Notes: generated from the letters alone by a model not told the origin. Shown: positions 38,201 to 48,708, counted from the stretch's first letter. The stretch: DNA of 64,000 nt from an uncultured Dehalococcoidales bacterium (GCA_964386535.1 CAYLRY010000001.1:3830-67829); one strand, 5' to 3'. Numbers and translations: made by a program.

Positions 38201-39124
38201 ATGAAAGTTGTTGTGTGCGGGTCGCTGGCATACGATAGGATCATGAACTTCCCGGGTTATTTTTCTGACCATATTCTACCTGAAAAAATACACGTTCTTA
38301 ATGTAGCTTTCCAGGTGGATGAAATTAAGGAGCGGTTCGGCGGTACCGCTGGAAACATCGCTTATGCGTTGACTCTGATGGGCGAACATCCGGTTATTTC
38401 AGCTACCATTGGCCGTGATTATGCTCTTTATTTCGACTGGCTGGAAAAACAGGGAATTTCCACTGACAGCATTAAAATATTTGAAAACGAGTTGACTGCC
38501 AGCGCATATATCACTACGGATAAAGCGGATAACCAGATCACAGGTTTTCATTCAGGGGCAATGAAATATTCCTCAGGGCTGGATTTTAGCGGTTTTGAAC
38601 CGCAGGATACTCTGGTGATAATATCTCCTGGAAATGTGGAAGACATGTTGAATTACCCGCTTATCTGCCAGGAAAAAGGGATAGGCTACATTTTTGATCC
38701 CGGACAATCGTTGCCTGTGCTGGATGAAAAAAGGCTGGTCAGGGCTATTGACGGATGCCGGATACTTATCAGCAATGATTACGAGATGGAACTGATTATG
38801 AAAAAAACGGGTCTTTCGAAAGAAACCCTGCTTAAGATGGCCGGTTCTATCATAGTAACCAGAGGAGAAGAAGGCTCGGTGCTATATACACGGGAGGGTG
38901 AAACATATATTCCAGCTACCAAACCCAGTCATGTGCTGGACCCTACCGGTGCAGGTGACTCTTACCGGGGAGGCCTGATCAGCGGCCTGGTCCGGGGTTT
39001 TAGCCTGGAGCAGAGTGCCAAACTGGGCAGTGTGTGTTCATCATTCTGTGTGGAGTGTTACGGTACCCAGGGTTACCGCTTCGGTCATCAGGAATTTGAC
39101 GCCAGGCTGGAGGCGTGGCCTTAG
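38201..39124 (+). CDS. PfkB-family carbohydrate/nucleoside kinase
   Basis: GG.AGN motif near the N-terminus and a DPTGAGD C-terminal ATP/anion-hole motif. Confidence 0.85.
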   Translation: MKVVVCGSLAYDRIMNFPGYFSDHILPEKIHVLNVAFQVDEIKERFGGTAGNIAYALTLMGEHPVISATIGRDYALYFDWLEKQGISTDSIKIFENELTASAYITTDKADNQITGFHSGAMKYSSGLDFSGFEPQDTLVIISPGNVEDMLNYPLICQEKGIGYIFDPGQSLPVLDEKRLVRAIDGCRILISNDYEMELIMKKTGLSKETLLKMAGSIIVTRGEEGSVLYTREGETYIPATKPSHVLDPTGAGDSYRGGLISGLVRGFSLEQSAKLGSVCSSFCVECYGTQGYRFGHQEFDARLEAWP

Positions 39125-39141
39125 TCCTGGAGGTATCGCCT

Positions 39142-40068
39142 GTGAATAACATAAGAGAAGTTAGCCAGAACGTATATTCAATTGATGATGAGCTGTATAA
39201 TATTCCTCGATCAGGATCGGTTTATTTCCTGCTTGAGGATAAAAAAACATTGATCGATTCAGGCCCCAGTACCTCGGTACAAGTGGTACTGGAAGGAATC
39301 CGTAACATAGGTTTTGAGCCTGAAGAGATTGATTACCTGATTATCACTCATATTCACCTGGATCACGCCGGCGGGGCCGGAACGCTGTTACAGCAGATGC
39401 CCAGAGCCAGCGTAGTAGTACATCCCAGGGCGGTGAAACATTTATTTTCACCTGACAGGCTGATCAACAGCGTAAGGGAGGTCCAGGGTGAAGAAGCCCT
39501 GGTCAGGAATGGTGAGGTCATGCCGGTAGACGGAAACAGGTTGATCCCGGCCTTTGACGGTGATACCCTGGATCTTGGCGGGGGGCAGATTTTAACCATT
39601 CTGGATGCACCCGGACATGCTCCGCATGAAATATGCATTCTTGAAAGCCGCAACAATGGAATTTTTGTGGGTGACGCGGTAGGCCATCACCTAGACGGCA
39701 CGGACATAATGGTGCCCGTTACCCCACCTCCGGGTTTCGATCTGGAAATGTACTTTTCCACGCTGGAAAGGCTGAATAATCTGGAAGCTTCCCGGATTTA
39801 TTTTGCGCATACAGATACCAGCGAACAGGTACCCGTTATGCTGGAGTTAGCCGCCAGGGAACTAAAAGAGCGTGACCAAATTATCGCCGAGGCGGCTGAA
39901 GAAAAAAAACTGGAAACAGCGGAAAAAAGGGTGATAGCCCATGCCTGTAAGGGACTGGAATGGCTGAAAAGAGAAATGAGACAGGTATACGATTACTGGA
40001 CAGGCGTGGATATTCCTATGTCAGCCGCTGAACATGTCCGGCATTATCGAAAAAAACATAGATTATAA
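39142..40068 (+). CDS. MBL-fold metallo-hydrolase
   Basis: HIHLDHAGG (HxHxDH) motif. The GTG at 39142 is preferred because GGAGG lies 8 nt upstream; the ORF is open from 39115. Confidence 0.8.
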   Translation: MNNIREVSQNVYSIDDELYNIPRSGSVYFLLEDKKTLIDSGPSTSVQVVLEGIRNIGFEPEEIDYLIITHIHLDHAGGAGTLLQQMPRASVVVHPRAVKHLFSPDRLINSVREVQGEEALVRNGEVMPVDGNRLIPAFDGDTLDLGGGQILTILDAPGHAPHEICILESRNNGIFVGDAVGHHLDGTDIMVPVTPPPGFDLEMYFSTLERLNNLEASRIYFAHTDTSEQVPVMLELAARELKERDQIIAEAAEEKKLETAEKRVIAHACKGLEWLKREMRQVYDYWTGVDIPMSAAEHVRHYRKKHRL

Positions 40069-40095
40069 AGGGTCGCCCCGGGGTGACCCTTTATA
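40064..40095. terminator. Bidirectional hairpin between convergent genes
   Basis: TATAAAGGGTCgccccggggtGACCCTTTATA. Confidence 0.6.
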
Positions 40096-40101
40096 ATTAT
40101 T

Positions 40102-41361
40102 TCAGTAGACGCCGTATTCCTGAGTAAAGTCAATCATAGCTTTCAGATTTTCCGGTTTTACCTCGTCAGTGGAACTTCTGGGAGAGAGAATAAAACCACC
40201 ACCTTTACCCACCACATCAATAAGTCTTTTACAGTAGTCTTTGATATCCTGTACACTGCCCACCTGCAAAAGGGTGGAGGGCACATTTCCCTGGATACAG
40301 ACATGGTCTTTTAGGATTTCTTTGGCCTTAAAAATATCCGTAGTATCCAGGCGGGCCAGGATTTTACCTTTAGGAAACTCCAGCAAGTAAGACAGCCGGG
40401 AGGTGAAATTCCCCTCGAAGAAGATACAGGGCGTGGCCCCCCTATCAATAAGTGTTTGTACCAGTTTTTTAAAGGTAGGCCAGTAAAAGGTATCGAAATG
40501 CTTTGGCGAAAGGAAATCATCAGAGCCGCGTGTATTGGTCATGAAAATCCTGATATTGCCCATTTTAGTCGGTTTCGGCATGGGTCTGGCCAGGGTTAAC
40601 TCCAGAATTTTTTCACAAGCCTGGAGCACTTTTTCCGGCCTGCGGTACATATCCGTCATGGTGCCGGTCATACCTCGCATGGAATGTGAGATAATATCGT
40701 AGGGCGGCAGTGCGGAGCCCTGGAAATATTGGGGAAAACCCATTTCCTGCATCATGAGATCAAACTTTTGCATCCTGGCCTGCCATCTGCGGATTTCGCG
40801 GCCGGTCTTTTGTAAAGTACGGATGGCCAGAGAGGCTTCCGGCGATGTCAGAGCTACTGCCAGCGTCTGGGCTCCCATATGTCCGGATAAACCGGAGAGT
40901 TTGGGGAGAGAGGCCAGTCCGGCCAGATTTTTACTCGAACGTGATAAGTGAATACGGAACATATAGTCCGAGGGGTCATTTAGAAAAGCATCATAGTCCT
41001 CTGCCTGCATATAATCCACTTCTATAGACTGATGACCATGATAGGGATTTAATCCGTACCCCGGCCAGCGCAGTTGTTTGGGATCCAGGTATTCCAGGGC
41101 TTTACCAGGCGTGAAGGCCTGATGAAAAATCAGGTCAGCGGGGAAATCAGAGAGGGTTTTTTTATAAGCTGCAAACCAGGCTTTATAGTCATAATAAGCG
41201 GCAGAAAAAGGAATACCGGTATATTTAGCAGGGAAATAACTCATGCCGCAAATGATGGGTACACGGTCAGGAATGCGAAGCTGGATGGCGTCTGTAATGC
41301 GTTTTTCTCTTTCATAGCGTAGTTCTTCAGGTGTTTTCTTCTGCCCGGACGTTTTACTCAT
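40102..41361 (-). CDS. URO-D-family protein, paralog 2 (shorter form, 419 aa)
   Basis: Collinear similarity to 914-2251 and 45833-47203 (..DRVP.., ..LRWPGYGL.., ..DMYRRPEK.., ..FYWP..KK.., ..GGGFIL..EYG.Y). Confidence 0.75.
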   Translation of the reverse strand: MSKTSGQKKTPEELRYEREKRITDAIQLRIPDRVPIICGMSYFPAKYTGIPFSAAYYDYKAWFAAYKKTLSDFPADLIFHQAFTPGKALEYLDPKQLRWPGYGLNPYHGHQSIEVDYMQAEDYDAFLNDPSDYMFRIHLSRSSKNLAGLASLPKLSGLSGHMGAQTLAVALTSPEASLAIRTLQKTGREIRRWQARMQKFDLMMQEMGFPQYFQGSALPPYDIISHSMRGMTGTMTDMYRRPEKVLQACEKILELTLARPMPKPTKMGNIRIFMTNTRGSDDFLSPKHFDTFYWPTFKKLVQTLIDRGATPCIFFEGNFTSRLSYLLEFPKGKILARLDTTDIFKAKEILKDHVCIQGNVPSTLLQVGSVQDIKDYCKRLIDVVGKGGGFILSPRSSTDEVKPENLKAMIDFTQEYGVY

Positions 41362-41684
41362 ACTTTATGCTCCTTTCTACCATTTGGTTTATCCCATTTT
41401 CTCAAATAATCCTGAGTATTTCAAAAAGGGGGCAGCGGGAAATATTATCCCTTTTATAATCAGGCGTCACGGTAGGTGAAGAGAAGGGCCTGAAGTACAA
41501 GCGTAATAAATAGACCTGAAATCTCGTTCAGCAAAACTGCCCTCAGGAGGAGAGGGTTAGTTCAGGACTATATATGGAAAGAAGGTGTAAATTACTCACA
41601 TTTATCCAGTTGTGATATACTTAATGTGGGAAAAGTTAGGTACGAGTTATTCCTGTGCTTTACAACAAGAGAGGTGAATTAAGT

Positions 41685-42179
41685 ATGGAATACGATGAGG
41701 CTGCGAAATTTTTTACAGCAGAAGATGAGGACCAGGACTTGTGGCTGTTATTAACGCATGCCAGATATGCAGTTTTCAGGGCCAGAGAGAAAGAATTACA
41801 AAGATATGGTCTTTCACCGGAACAGGCCAGCCTGTTATTTGTAGTACAGGCCATGGGCAACCAGGCGACGCCGGCAGCTTTATCCCGTTATCTTCTCAGA
41901 CAGCCGCATACTGTCTCCGCACTGGTAGACAGGATGACTAAAAGGGGATTGCTTAAAAAAGTTAAGGATCTGGAACGCAGGAATCTGGTCAGAGTAGTGA
42001 TTACGGAGAAGGGTCAGCAGGCCTATGACCGGTCCACTAAACGAGGGCCCATTCATCGCATCATGAATGCTTTAAGCGAAGATGAAAAGAAGAAATTCCG
42101 GGCTTATCTGGAAAGGGTCTATTCAGTAGCCAGGAAAGAGATCGGCATGGACCGGGACAGCCTGCCGCCGTCAGATTAG
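41685..42179 (+). CDS. MarR-family transcriptional regulator
   Basis: Winged-HTH pattern (..LS..Q...L......ATP..L......QPH.VS.LV.RM...GL......D.R...V..T.KG). The ATG at 41685 follows GAGAGGTGA. Confidence 0.85.
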   Translation: MEYDEAAKFFTAEDEDQDLWLLLTHARYAVFRAREKELQRYGLSPEQASLLFVVQAMGNQATPAALSRYLLRQPHTVSALVDRMTKRGLLKKVKDLERRNLVRVVITEKGQQAYDRSTKRGPIHRIMNALSEDEKKKFRAYLERVYSVARKEIGMDRDSLPPSD

Positions 42180-42187
42180 CCTGAAAC

Positions 42188-42220
42188 AAAAACCTGCCCT
42201 ATTATGGGGCAGGTTTTTTT
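42188..42220. terminator. Rho-independent terminator between convergent genes
   Basis: AAAAACCTGCCC-tattatg-GGGCAGGTTTTTTT. Confidence 0.8.
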
Positions 42221-42230
42221 ATCGCAGGTA

Positions 42231-42431
42231 TTAAGCTTTGGGTGCTGCCTCTGTTTCTGAGCAAAGAGTGCCGCCCTGAGCCCAGCAGTTTTTAGGATTA
42301 TCCTTAAGAATGACGTGTACCGCAGCAGCCGGTATTCCTATCTGGACAAAAGCGTCGGTTATTCCCCTGGCCAGTTTTTTCTTCTGGTCATGAGTGCGTC
42401 CTTCCCACATTTCAACAATAACAACAGGCAT
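42231..42431 (-). CDS. 4-oxalocrotonate tautomerase-family protein
   Basis: The N-terminal MPVV (Pro-1 after Met removal) and the ~66-aa size are typical of the family. Confidence 0.8.
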   Translation of the reverse strand: MPVVIVEMWEGRTHDQKKKLARGITDAFVQIGIPAAAVHVILKDNPKNCWAQGGTLCSETEAAPKA

Positions 42432-42692
42432 ATTAATCCTCCGTTTTAATATTCTGATTTGTACATCATAGCGGTTTTCCTAACCAGTGTGCAAGGAGAA
42501 CGAAGGCACCGGAATCCGCCGTCAATAAGCCTTAAATGAGTATAATGTTCCGGCGCCGTTTTGGTGAAAAAACATTCAGACCCGGCAAGCCTCGCCAGAT
42601 GGTGAATTCAGGGAAAGAAAAACCGGGGCCTTTAGTGGCTTAAGATGTTTTCATGGTAAAATTTCTATAATGATAAGTTATGAGAGGGGAAT

Positions 42693-43184
42693 ATGCCATC
42701 TTTAGATGTAGTAAGTACCGTGGATCTCCAATCATTAGACAACGCCGTTAATAACACCAAACGCGAAATCGCTTCGCGCTTTGATTTCAGGGGCGTGAAA
42801 ACCGAGATCAATCTGGACCGTAAGGAAAAGAATATCCATGTTACCAGCGGAGATGAATGGAAGGTTAAAACCGTTCAAGACATTCTAATCGGTCAATGCG
42901 TCAGGCAGAAAGTGGACCCCAAGAGCCTGGAATTCAGCAAGATAGATACCATTTCTACAACAGTCGCCAGAATGGAGGTACTGATTAAAGAAGGCATTCC
43001 CAAAGAAGCCTGTCAAAAAATGGTCAAGTATATTAAAAGTGTGAAAATTAAGGTACAGCCTGCAATGCTGGATAATAAAGTCAGGGTCACAGGTAAGCAA
43101 ATAGACGATCTCCAGGAGATCATGCGTTTGCTGCGGGAACAGGACTACGGCGTGCCGCTCCAGTTCGTCAATCTAAAAAGTTAA
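42693..43184 (+). CDS. YajQ-family (UPF0234) nucleotide/c-di-GMP-binding protein
   Basis: MPS.DVVS..D.Q..DNAVN....EI..RFDF.G: the conserved YajQ N-terminus. Confidence 0.9.
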   Translation: MPSLDVVSTVDLQSLDNAVNNTKREIASRFDFRGVKTEINLDRKEKNIHVTSGDEWKVKTVQDILIGQCVRQKVDPKSLEFSKIDTISTTVARMEVLIKEGIPKEACQKMVKYIKSVKIKVQPAMLDNKVRVTGKQIDDLQEIMRLLREQDYGVPLQFVNLKS

Positions 43185-43187
43185 AGT

Positions 43188-44468
43188 CTAACTTCGCCGT
43201 TTAAGTTTTGACTTCTTAAGCAGCAGGGCAATAGCCAGTGCCAGAAAGGCGACCAAAGCCATAATGATAAAGGCGATTAAATAACTCTGGGATACATCAA
43301 ATATTTTACCACCCAGCCAGGAACCCAGAGCTCCCCCAGCCCTGGTGGCAGCACTCATAGCCCCAGCCAGAGCCATCACTGCCTGAAGTCCAAAGAAATG
43401 ACCTACCATAATAGGCATCTGAGGTACTTCACCGCCATAAGCAAAGCCGAAGAGAACGGCAAATATATATAACATCCATAATTCCCTGGAAAAGATAAGC
43501 CAGACCAGTGAGATGGCCAGGAGTATACAGGTGATAATAAGAGAGTTGAAACTGCCGATGCGGTCGGCGATGCTACCCATAGCCAGCCTTCCGATGATAC
43601 CGCCAATACCTATCATGGAAACCAGGGTAGCCGCCGTAAGGGCAGCGATGCCCATGTCAGTGGCATAGTTTACCAGGTGAACCATGATTACCTGTACACA
43701 GATATTGACAAAAAAATAAAGGATACAAATAAGCCAGAAGGGCCGGGTCCAGGCCGCCTGCTTCAAACCAAGCCCTCCGGCATGAGTTGTTCCGGCTGAG
43801 CCAGATAGACCGGCTGTGGAAATGACAGATGTATCAGGAGCGCCATAAGGTTTGAGTCCCATTACAGAGGGTTCACGCCTTAATAAGAGGCCGCTGCCGA
43901 TAGTGATAATACCGGCGGCAATACCTGTTATAAAGTAAGCCTGGGACCAGCCAAAACCGGTTATCAGGCGTTCTGCGAAGGGAGGCATGATTAAAGTCCC
44001 CATGCCTATACCGGCAGAGATAATGCCCAGGGCCATACCTCGCTTTTTAAGAAACCAGCGGGTGGTGATTCCGCTTGTAATAGCTATAGTACCGCCGATA
44101 GAGGTACCAAGCAAAACGCCAAAAGTGAGATAAAGCTGCCAGATTTCCCGTACCTGACTTGCCAGACATAAAGCCAGACCTAAAATAACTCCACATACCA
44201 CTGTTACCTTGCACGGCCCGAACCTGTCCGCCAACCAACCCAGAGGTATTGCTGTGAGACCTGCGCAGATCATTAAAACAGAATAAGCCAGAGATGTTGA
44301 AGCACGGCTCCAGCCGAAATCGGCGATAAGGGGTTTAAAAAAAACACCGAAGCTGTACTGTATACCGAATTGAGTCAATTGGATCAGGGTACAGGCAGCG
44401 ACAATAACCCAACCATAAAAAAAAGCCCGGTGAACATCCGGCGCCGGGCGTGTGTTATTTCCGGTCAT
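43188..44468 (-). CDS. MFS transporter, OFA-like
   Basis: 12-TM protein paralogous to 32026-33369. Confidence 0.85.
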   Translation of the reverse strand: MTGNNTRPAPDVHRAFFYGWVIVAACTLIQLTQFGIQYSFGVFFKPLIADFGWSRASTSLAYSVLMICAGLTAIPLGWLADRFGPCKVTVVCGVILGLALCLASQVREIWQLYLTFGVLLGTSIGGTIAITSGITTRWFLKKRGMALGIISAGIGMGTLIMPPFAERLITGFGWSQAYFITGIAAGIITIGSGLLLRREPSVMGLKPYGAPDTSVISTAGLSGSAGTTHAGGLGLKQAAWTRPFWLICILYFFVNICVQVIMVHLVNYATDMGIAALTAATLVSMIGIGGIIGRLAMGSIADRIGSFNSLIITCILLAISLVWLIFSRELWMLYIFAVLFGFAYGGEVPQMPIMVGHFFGLQAVMALAGAMSAATRAGGALGSWLGGKIFDVSQSYLIAFIIMALVAFLALAIALLLKKSKLKRRS

Positions 44469-44756
44469 ATTTCAAGACTATATCAATTACGGATAATTGT
44501 AAACTTGAGTCATTATGTGTATAATCGTAGACGATTAAATAAGGGGGAAAGTTTTGAAGTTCAAAAAATAACATTTTTATATGCAAGGCCGCCCCTTGCA
44601 TGAGGAAAAAAGGATATAAGAAGGCGGCCTTGCTGCAAGCGTCCATTTTCATCCTTCATGATGCTATCTGCAAGCCAGAAGGAGGGATTTTAAACTTAAA
44701 GTTTGGCGTTCTGGACTGGTGGTTAAATATAAAAATTTTTATCAGGAGGTCTGTAT

Positions 44757-45773
44757 ATGTCCAACCCGTATAGTTTGATCGTGGATGCTTATGCTCATAT
44801 TTCACCCCCCAGGTATACCGAATTTGTGCGGGAAAAATACCCGGTGATGTTTAACGCTATTTTGGGTAATTGCACTCCCCTTTATAATATGGAGGAGAGG
44901 TTTAAGATCATGGATTTGTATCCTGAGGTGGTACAGGTCCTCACAATAGGACCTGTGCCACCTATAGAGGATTTTGCCAATCCACAACAAACAGTAGAAC
45001 TGGCCAAAATGGCCAACGATGAGATGGCGGAACTGATTTTAAAATACCGCCAGAGGTTTGTAGCAGCCATCGCCCTGCTGCCCATGAACAATATTGAGGC
45101 AGCTTTAACAGAGGCTGACCGGGCAATCGGCAGCCTTGGATTCAAAGGGATCTATGTCCACAGTAATATCAACGGAAAACCCCTGGACGCCCCTGAATTC
45201 TGGCCGCTCTGGGAGAAGATGGCTAAATATAATCTGCCGGTCTATATACATCCCTGGCGGGGCGATAGTTTCGCGGATTACCCAACTGAAAGTGCATCCA
45301 AATATATGATAGCCAGCATCTTCGGCTGGCCGTACGAGACAACCGCTGCCATGACCCGACTGGTGTTCAGCGGAATCCTGGAAAAATATCCCAATTTGAA
45401 AGTAGTTACCCACCACTGCGGAGGGATGGTGCCCTATTACCAGCAGAGGATCCATCAACATTACGGTCAGCAATCGCTGGGGGCCAGAGGGGGATATATC
45501 CGTGCGCTGAGTAAAGCTCCCCTGGAATACTTTAAAATGTTTTATAACGATACAGCCATTCACGGCAATACTTCAGCCCTGATGTGCGCCTATGAACTCT
45601 GGGGTGCGGAACACATTGTCTTCGGGGCGGATATGCCGCTGGGAGATCATTATTTCGGTTTCCGTAGCTACCGCCAGACCATCAATGCAATACAAAACAT
45701 GAGTATTTCCGATATGGAAAAGAAAAAAATCCTGGCTGAAAATGCCATTAACCTGCTGCGTCTGCCGGTATAA
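44757..45773 (+). CDS. Amidohydrolase_2 (ACMSD/LigW-type non-oxidative decarboxylase family) protein
   Basis: N-terminal D.H.H metal-ligand pattern (VDAYAHI), ..G.....N....L...EF.P.......L.V.IHP.., and a C-terminal ..FG.D.P.. motif. Confidence 0.75.
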   Translation: MSNPYSLIVDAYAHISPPRYTEFVREKYPVMFNAILGNCTPLYNMEERFKIMDLYPEVVQVLTIGPVPPIEDFANPQQTVELAKMANDEMAELILKYRQRFVAAIALLPMNNIEAALTEADRAIGSLGFKGIYVHSNINGKPLDAPEFWPLWEKMAKYNLPVYIHPWRGDSFADYPTESASKYMIASIFGWPYETTAAMTRLVFSGILEKYPNLKVVTHHCGGMVPYYQQRIHQHYGQQSLGARGGYIRALSKAPLEYFKMFYNDTAIHGNTSALMCAYELWGAEHIVFGADMPLGDHYFGFRSYRQTINAIQNMSISDMEKKKILAENAINLLRLPV

Positions 45774-45781
45774 TATTGAAC

Positions 45782-45807
45782 CAACGGGCGGAATTCTCCG
45801 CCCGTTG
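45782..45807. terminator. Hairpin between convergent genes
   Basis: CAACGGGCGGA-attc-TCCGCCCGTTG. The flanking T-runs are weak. Confidence 0.5.
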
Positions 45808-45832
45808 AATTAACAGGCTGCCGTAAAAAGCA

Positions 45833-47203
45833 TTATTTTCTGTAAGTCCCGTACTCTCTGGCAGCTTCCAGCATTGCCTTTACATTTTCCAGCCTGGGTT
45901 TATCCGGTGTACAACCGGCACCCAGGGTGTAGCCGCCGCCTTTGCCGCAGACCTCGATCAGTTTGCGGCAGTATTCCTTAACAGCCTGCGGAGTACCGGT
46001 GGCAATTAGTGAAGAAGGAACATTACCCTGCATACTGCATTTTTCGCCCAGTATCTTTTTCGCCCTGGCCATATCGGACTGGTCAAACCACCAGGTCAGG
46101 GCGCCTTTGGGGAAGACGTTCATAGTTTCCAGGCGGGAGTCGAAACAACCTTCGGCAAACAAACTCACCATCAAACCGTCATCCATTAAAGCCTGCATGA
46201 TCTTTTTCAGGGTAGGCCAGTAAAAGGTCTCAAACTGCTTCTGTGACATCCAACCGTCAGCGCCTTTATGCAGAGGGAAAGTAACAATATGCATATTGGA
46301 GATATTATTATGGTTCAACATGGAGGCAATGGTTATATCCGCAATGACATCCATGGCTCTGAGTAATTTGTCAGGACAGCGGTACATGTCCATCATAATA
46401 CCCTGGGTGCCCCGGAGTGTGTCTCCAATGATATCAAAAGGCGCTTTGCAAAAAGCCCCCATATTGATAGGGAAACCTGAAGCAGGCCCCAGCCTGGCAT
46501 AATCATCAGTGATTTGCTTCCGTCTTTGCAATTCTTTACCGGCATCCAGCATTCTTTGCAGGGTATCCTGGACCTGCGGGTCAGCCAGGGGCATGATATA
46601 GGTGGAGGGCATTTCAATAATATCGGTTAAAGGGGCGAACTGACGGAAGCTCTGACAGGAGCCGAAAACCCGGGGAAGATAAGTTCTAAACCAGAAATCC
46701 GAAGGATCGCGGATAAGGGCGTCATATTCGTCTACCCCCATATACTCCGCTTCGACAAACTGGAATCCGGGAGCATCAATAGAGAGCCCGTGCCCTGGCC
46801 ATACATACAGTTTATAATCCAGGATTTCCAGGGCTTTCCCCGGCGTAGTAACCGGGCTGACAAAGACCTCCAATTCGGCTGAGTAGCGGTCATTAAATTT
46901 CCGGCAGGCCTGGAGAGCTTTATCATAATCATACATGGCGGTATTGACATTGATGCCTCCATAAATGAAAGCTAGATTACCAATAGGCACCTGAACCGGC
47001 ACCCTATCAGGTTCCTTAAGGTTATAGACATCCACGTACCTTTGAGCTCTGGTTTTGTAGGCTTTTTCTGCTTCGGGGCTGATAAAACGGATGTTTTCGG
47101 GATTTACAAATTTGTTAAGCCGGTATTCGCGTCTTTGTTCACGCGTCATCTGCGCCCAGTTGGGCGGTAATCCCGCCCTGTTCCCTGTAACATTTTTCAT
47201 CAC
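45833..47203 (-). CDS. URO-D-family protein, paralog 3 (long form, 456 aa)
   Basis: Closest to paralog 1 over its full length. Confidence 0.75.
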   Translation of the reverse strand: MMKNVTGNRAGLPPNWAQMTREQRREYRLNKFVNPENIRFISPEAEKAYKTRAQRYVDVYNLKEPDRVPVQVPIGNLAFIYGGINVNTAMYDYDKALQACRKFNDRYSAELEVFVSPVTTPGKALEILDYKLYVWPGHGLSIDAPGFQFVEAEYMGVDEYDALIRDPSDFWFRTYLPRVFGSCQSFRQFAPLTDIIEMPSTYIMPLADPQVQDTLQRMLDAGKELQRRKQITDDYARLGPASGFPINMGAFCKAPFDIIGDTLRGTQGIMMDMYRCPDKLLRAMDVIADITIASMLNHNNISNMHIVTFPLHKGADGWMSQKQFETFYWPTLKKIMQALMDDGLMVSLFAEGCFDSRLETMNVFPKGALTWWFDQSDMARAKKILGEKCSMQGNVPSSLIATGTPQAVKEYCRKLIEVCGKGGGYTLGAGCTPDKPRLENVKAMLEAAREYGTYRK

Positions 47204-47477
47204 TTTTCTTCCACTCCTGTCTTTTATTGAATTCGGCTTAAAGGCAATAATATCATCAAATCACCCGGCGGGCAAACAGAATAGCTTTACATCGAAATAA
47301 TATGGGTATATGATACATAGACAAAAAATTAAAAGTAAAAAATCAACGGTCAAGGCTAAAGTTTAAAAGTTAAAAATTCCATTGTTCCACCAAGATAATA
47401 AACTCAAAAACCTGGAACCCGGTCAACCAGAATTTAAATCAAGCGAGATATTTTTATCGTTAGAGGAGAAAAAGCAA

Positions 47478-48005
47478 ATGGAACAAATCATGGATATTAT
47501 GAAGAAGAGGATGAGCATACGGGCTTATAAAGACAAAGCTCTGCCCCAGGAGACCATCGACTCTATTTTAGAAGCTGCTAAACTTGCACCTACCGCACGG
47601 AACATGCAGGAACTTGAATACAAAGTTATTACCAATAAAGACCTGATCAAACAGGCTTCTGAGAGCATTGCTGCGGTGGTAAAAAGAGAGGGCCCACAAA
47701 TGCCGGTCAGAGCCAACTTTTTCTACAATGCGCCTCTCCTGATACTTATCACCGGACCGGCCGATAACCAGTGGATTTTTTCAGATGCCGCACTGGCAGC
47801 GCAAAACATAATGCTGTACGCTACTTCCATTAATCTGGGGACATGCTTCATCGGTATGTCGCGGATGATTGAGAAGGACAAGGAAATGCTGCGGAAACTG
47901 CACATAGGCGATAACCGTAAAATAGCGGCGGCAGTTGTTTGCGGATATCCGGATGAGACACCGGCTGTGAAAGAAAAGAAAATGAACGCTGAGTACTTCA
48001 AATAG
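47478..48005 (+). CDS. Nitroreductase-family protein
   Basis: ..RMSIRAY.......E.I..ILEAA..APTA.N.Q. The ATG at 47478 follows GAGGAGA; the ORF is open from 47382. Confidence 0.8.
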   Translation: MEQIMDIMKKRMSIRAYKDKALPQETIDSILEAAKLAPTARNMQELEYKVITNKDLIKQASESIAAVVKREGPQMPVRANFFYNAPLLILITGPADNQWIFSDAALAAQNIMLYATSINLGTCFIGMSRMIEKDKEMLRKLHIGDNRKIAAAVVCGYPDETPAVKEKKMNAEYFK

Positions 48006-48055
48006 AGATCCGTATAAAAAGCAAACGTAGTAAGTATAATAAAAAGCAGGAAATG

Positions 48056-48120
48056 CTTAATTTAAGCAGGATAGGCTCCGGAGAAAATGTCCGGAGTCTA
48101 TCTTAATTTAAGTATTTTTA
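48056..48120 (+). terminator. Long imperfect hairpin terminator
   Basis: Core CTCCGGA-gaaaatg-TCCGGAG, extended by AGGATAG/CTATCTT and flanking CTTAATTTAAG copies, then TATTTTT. Confidence 0.6.
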
Positions 48121-48351
48121 CTATTCCGGCCCTTCAATATCTCACATAGAGGCCGGATTGTGTCCGGCGGGGAAAGAGAAAATTCCGACACAACTTCCAG
48201 TCAGCATAGGCAAACGGATTTTCCCCTTCACTCATTTTCGCGGTTTACAGGGTCAGAAGTACAAAAAACCCAGGTCTGGCAGGAATCCGTCTGTTATCCT
48301 GTCAACACGCTAAGGCATGAATATTACATAATTGTACTGGACTTAACAGGT

Positions 48352-48708
48352 CTATTTTGGGTTTATTGACGCTGCCTGTTTTTCAGCAATATCACCGGAA
48401 ATGGGAAGCTTAAATTTCAAACCCTGACTGGCTTTCAGCATAAGCACTATCCAGAGAATAAAGGCGGTTATGCCTAGCAGGATGTTAATGATCCAGCCGA
48501 TGAAAGGTATCCAGCCGAATACCAGGCTAATCACTGTGTAAGCGCCGAAGACCACAATAGATTGCACGGCGTGGAAACGCACGAACTTATTGTTAGGCTC
48601 AAGGATGAGAAAGATAATGCCGGTAATCCAGCCCAACAAATAGCAAAGAAGTCCGGCTACATTTTCCTGGAGACCGCTGCTGGTTTTGTTTTCCGGTGGT
48701 TGACTCAT
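48352..48708 (-). CDS. DUF4870-like small membrane protein
   Basis: Three to four TMs with the ..FVRFHA.QS.. motif. Confidence 0.65.
   Translation of the reverse strand: MSQPPENKTSSGLQENVAGLLCYLLGWITGIIFLILEPNNKFVRFHAVQSIVVFGAYTVISLVFGWIPFIGWIINILLGITAFILWIVLMLKASQGLKFKLPISGDIAEKQAASINPK

Noticed and set aside
44582-44632. Inverted repeats CAAGGCCGCC...GGCGGCCTTG and TGCAAGG/CCTTGCA in the divergent MFS/amidohydrolase promoter region.
   Set aside because: They could be an operator or a leader hairpin, but this is a single occurrence with no associated regulator motif. It was not distinctive enough to report as a finding.
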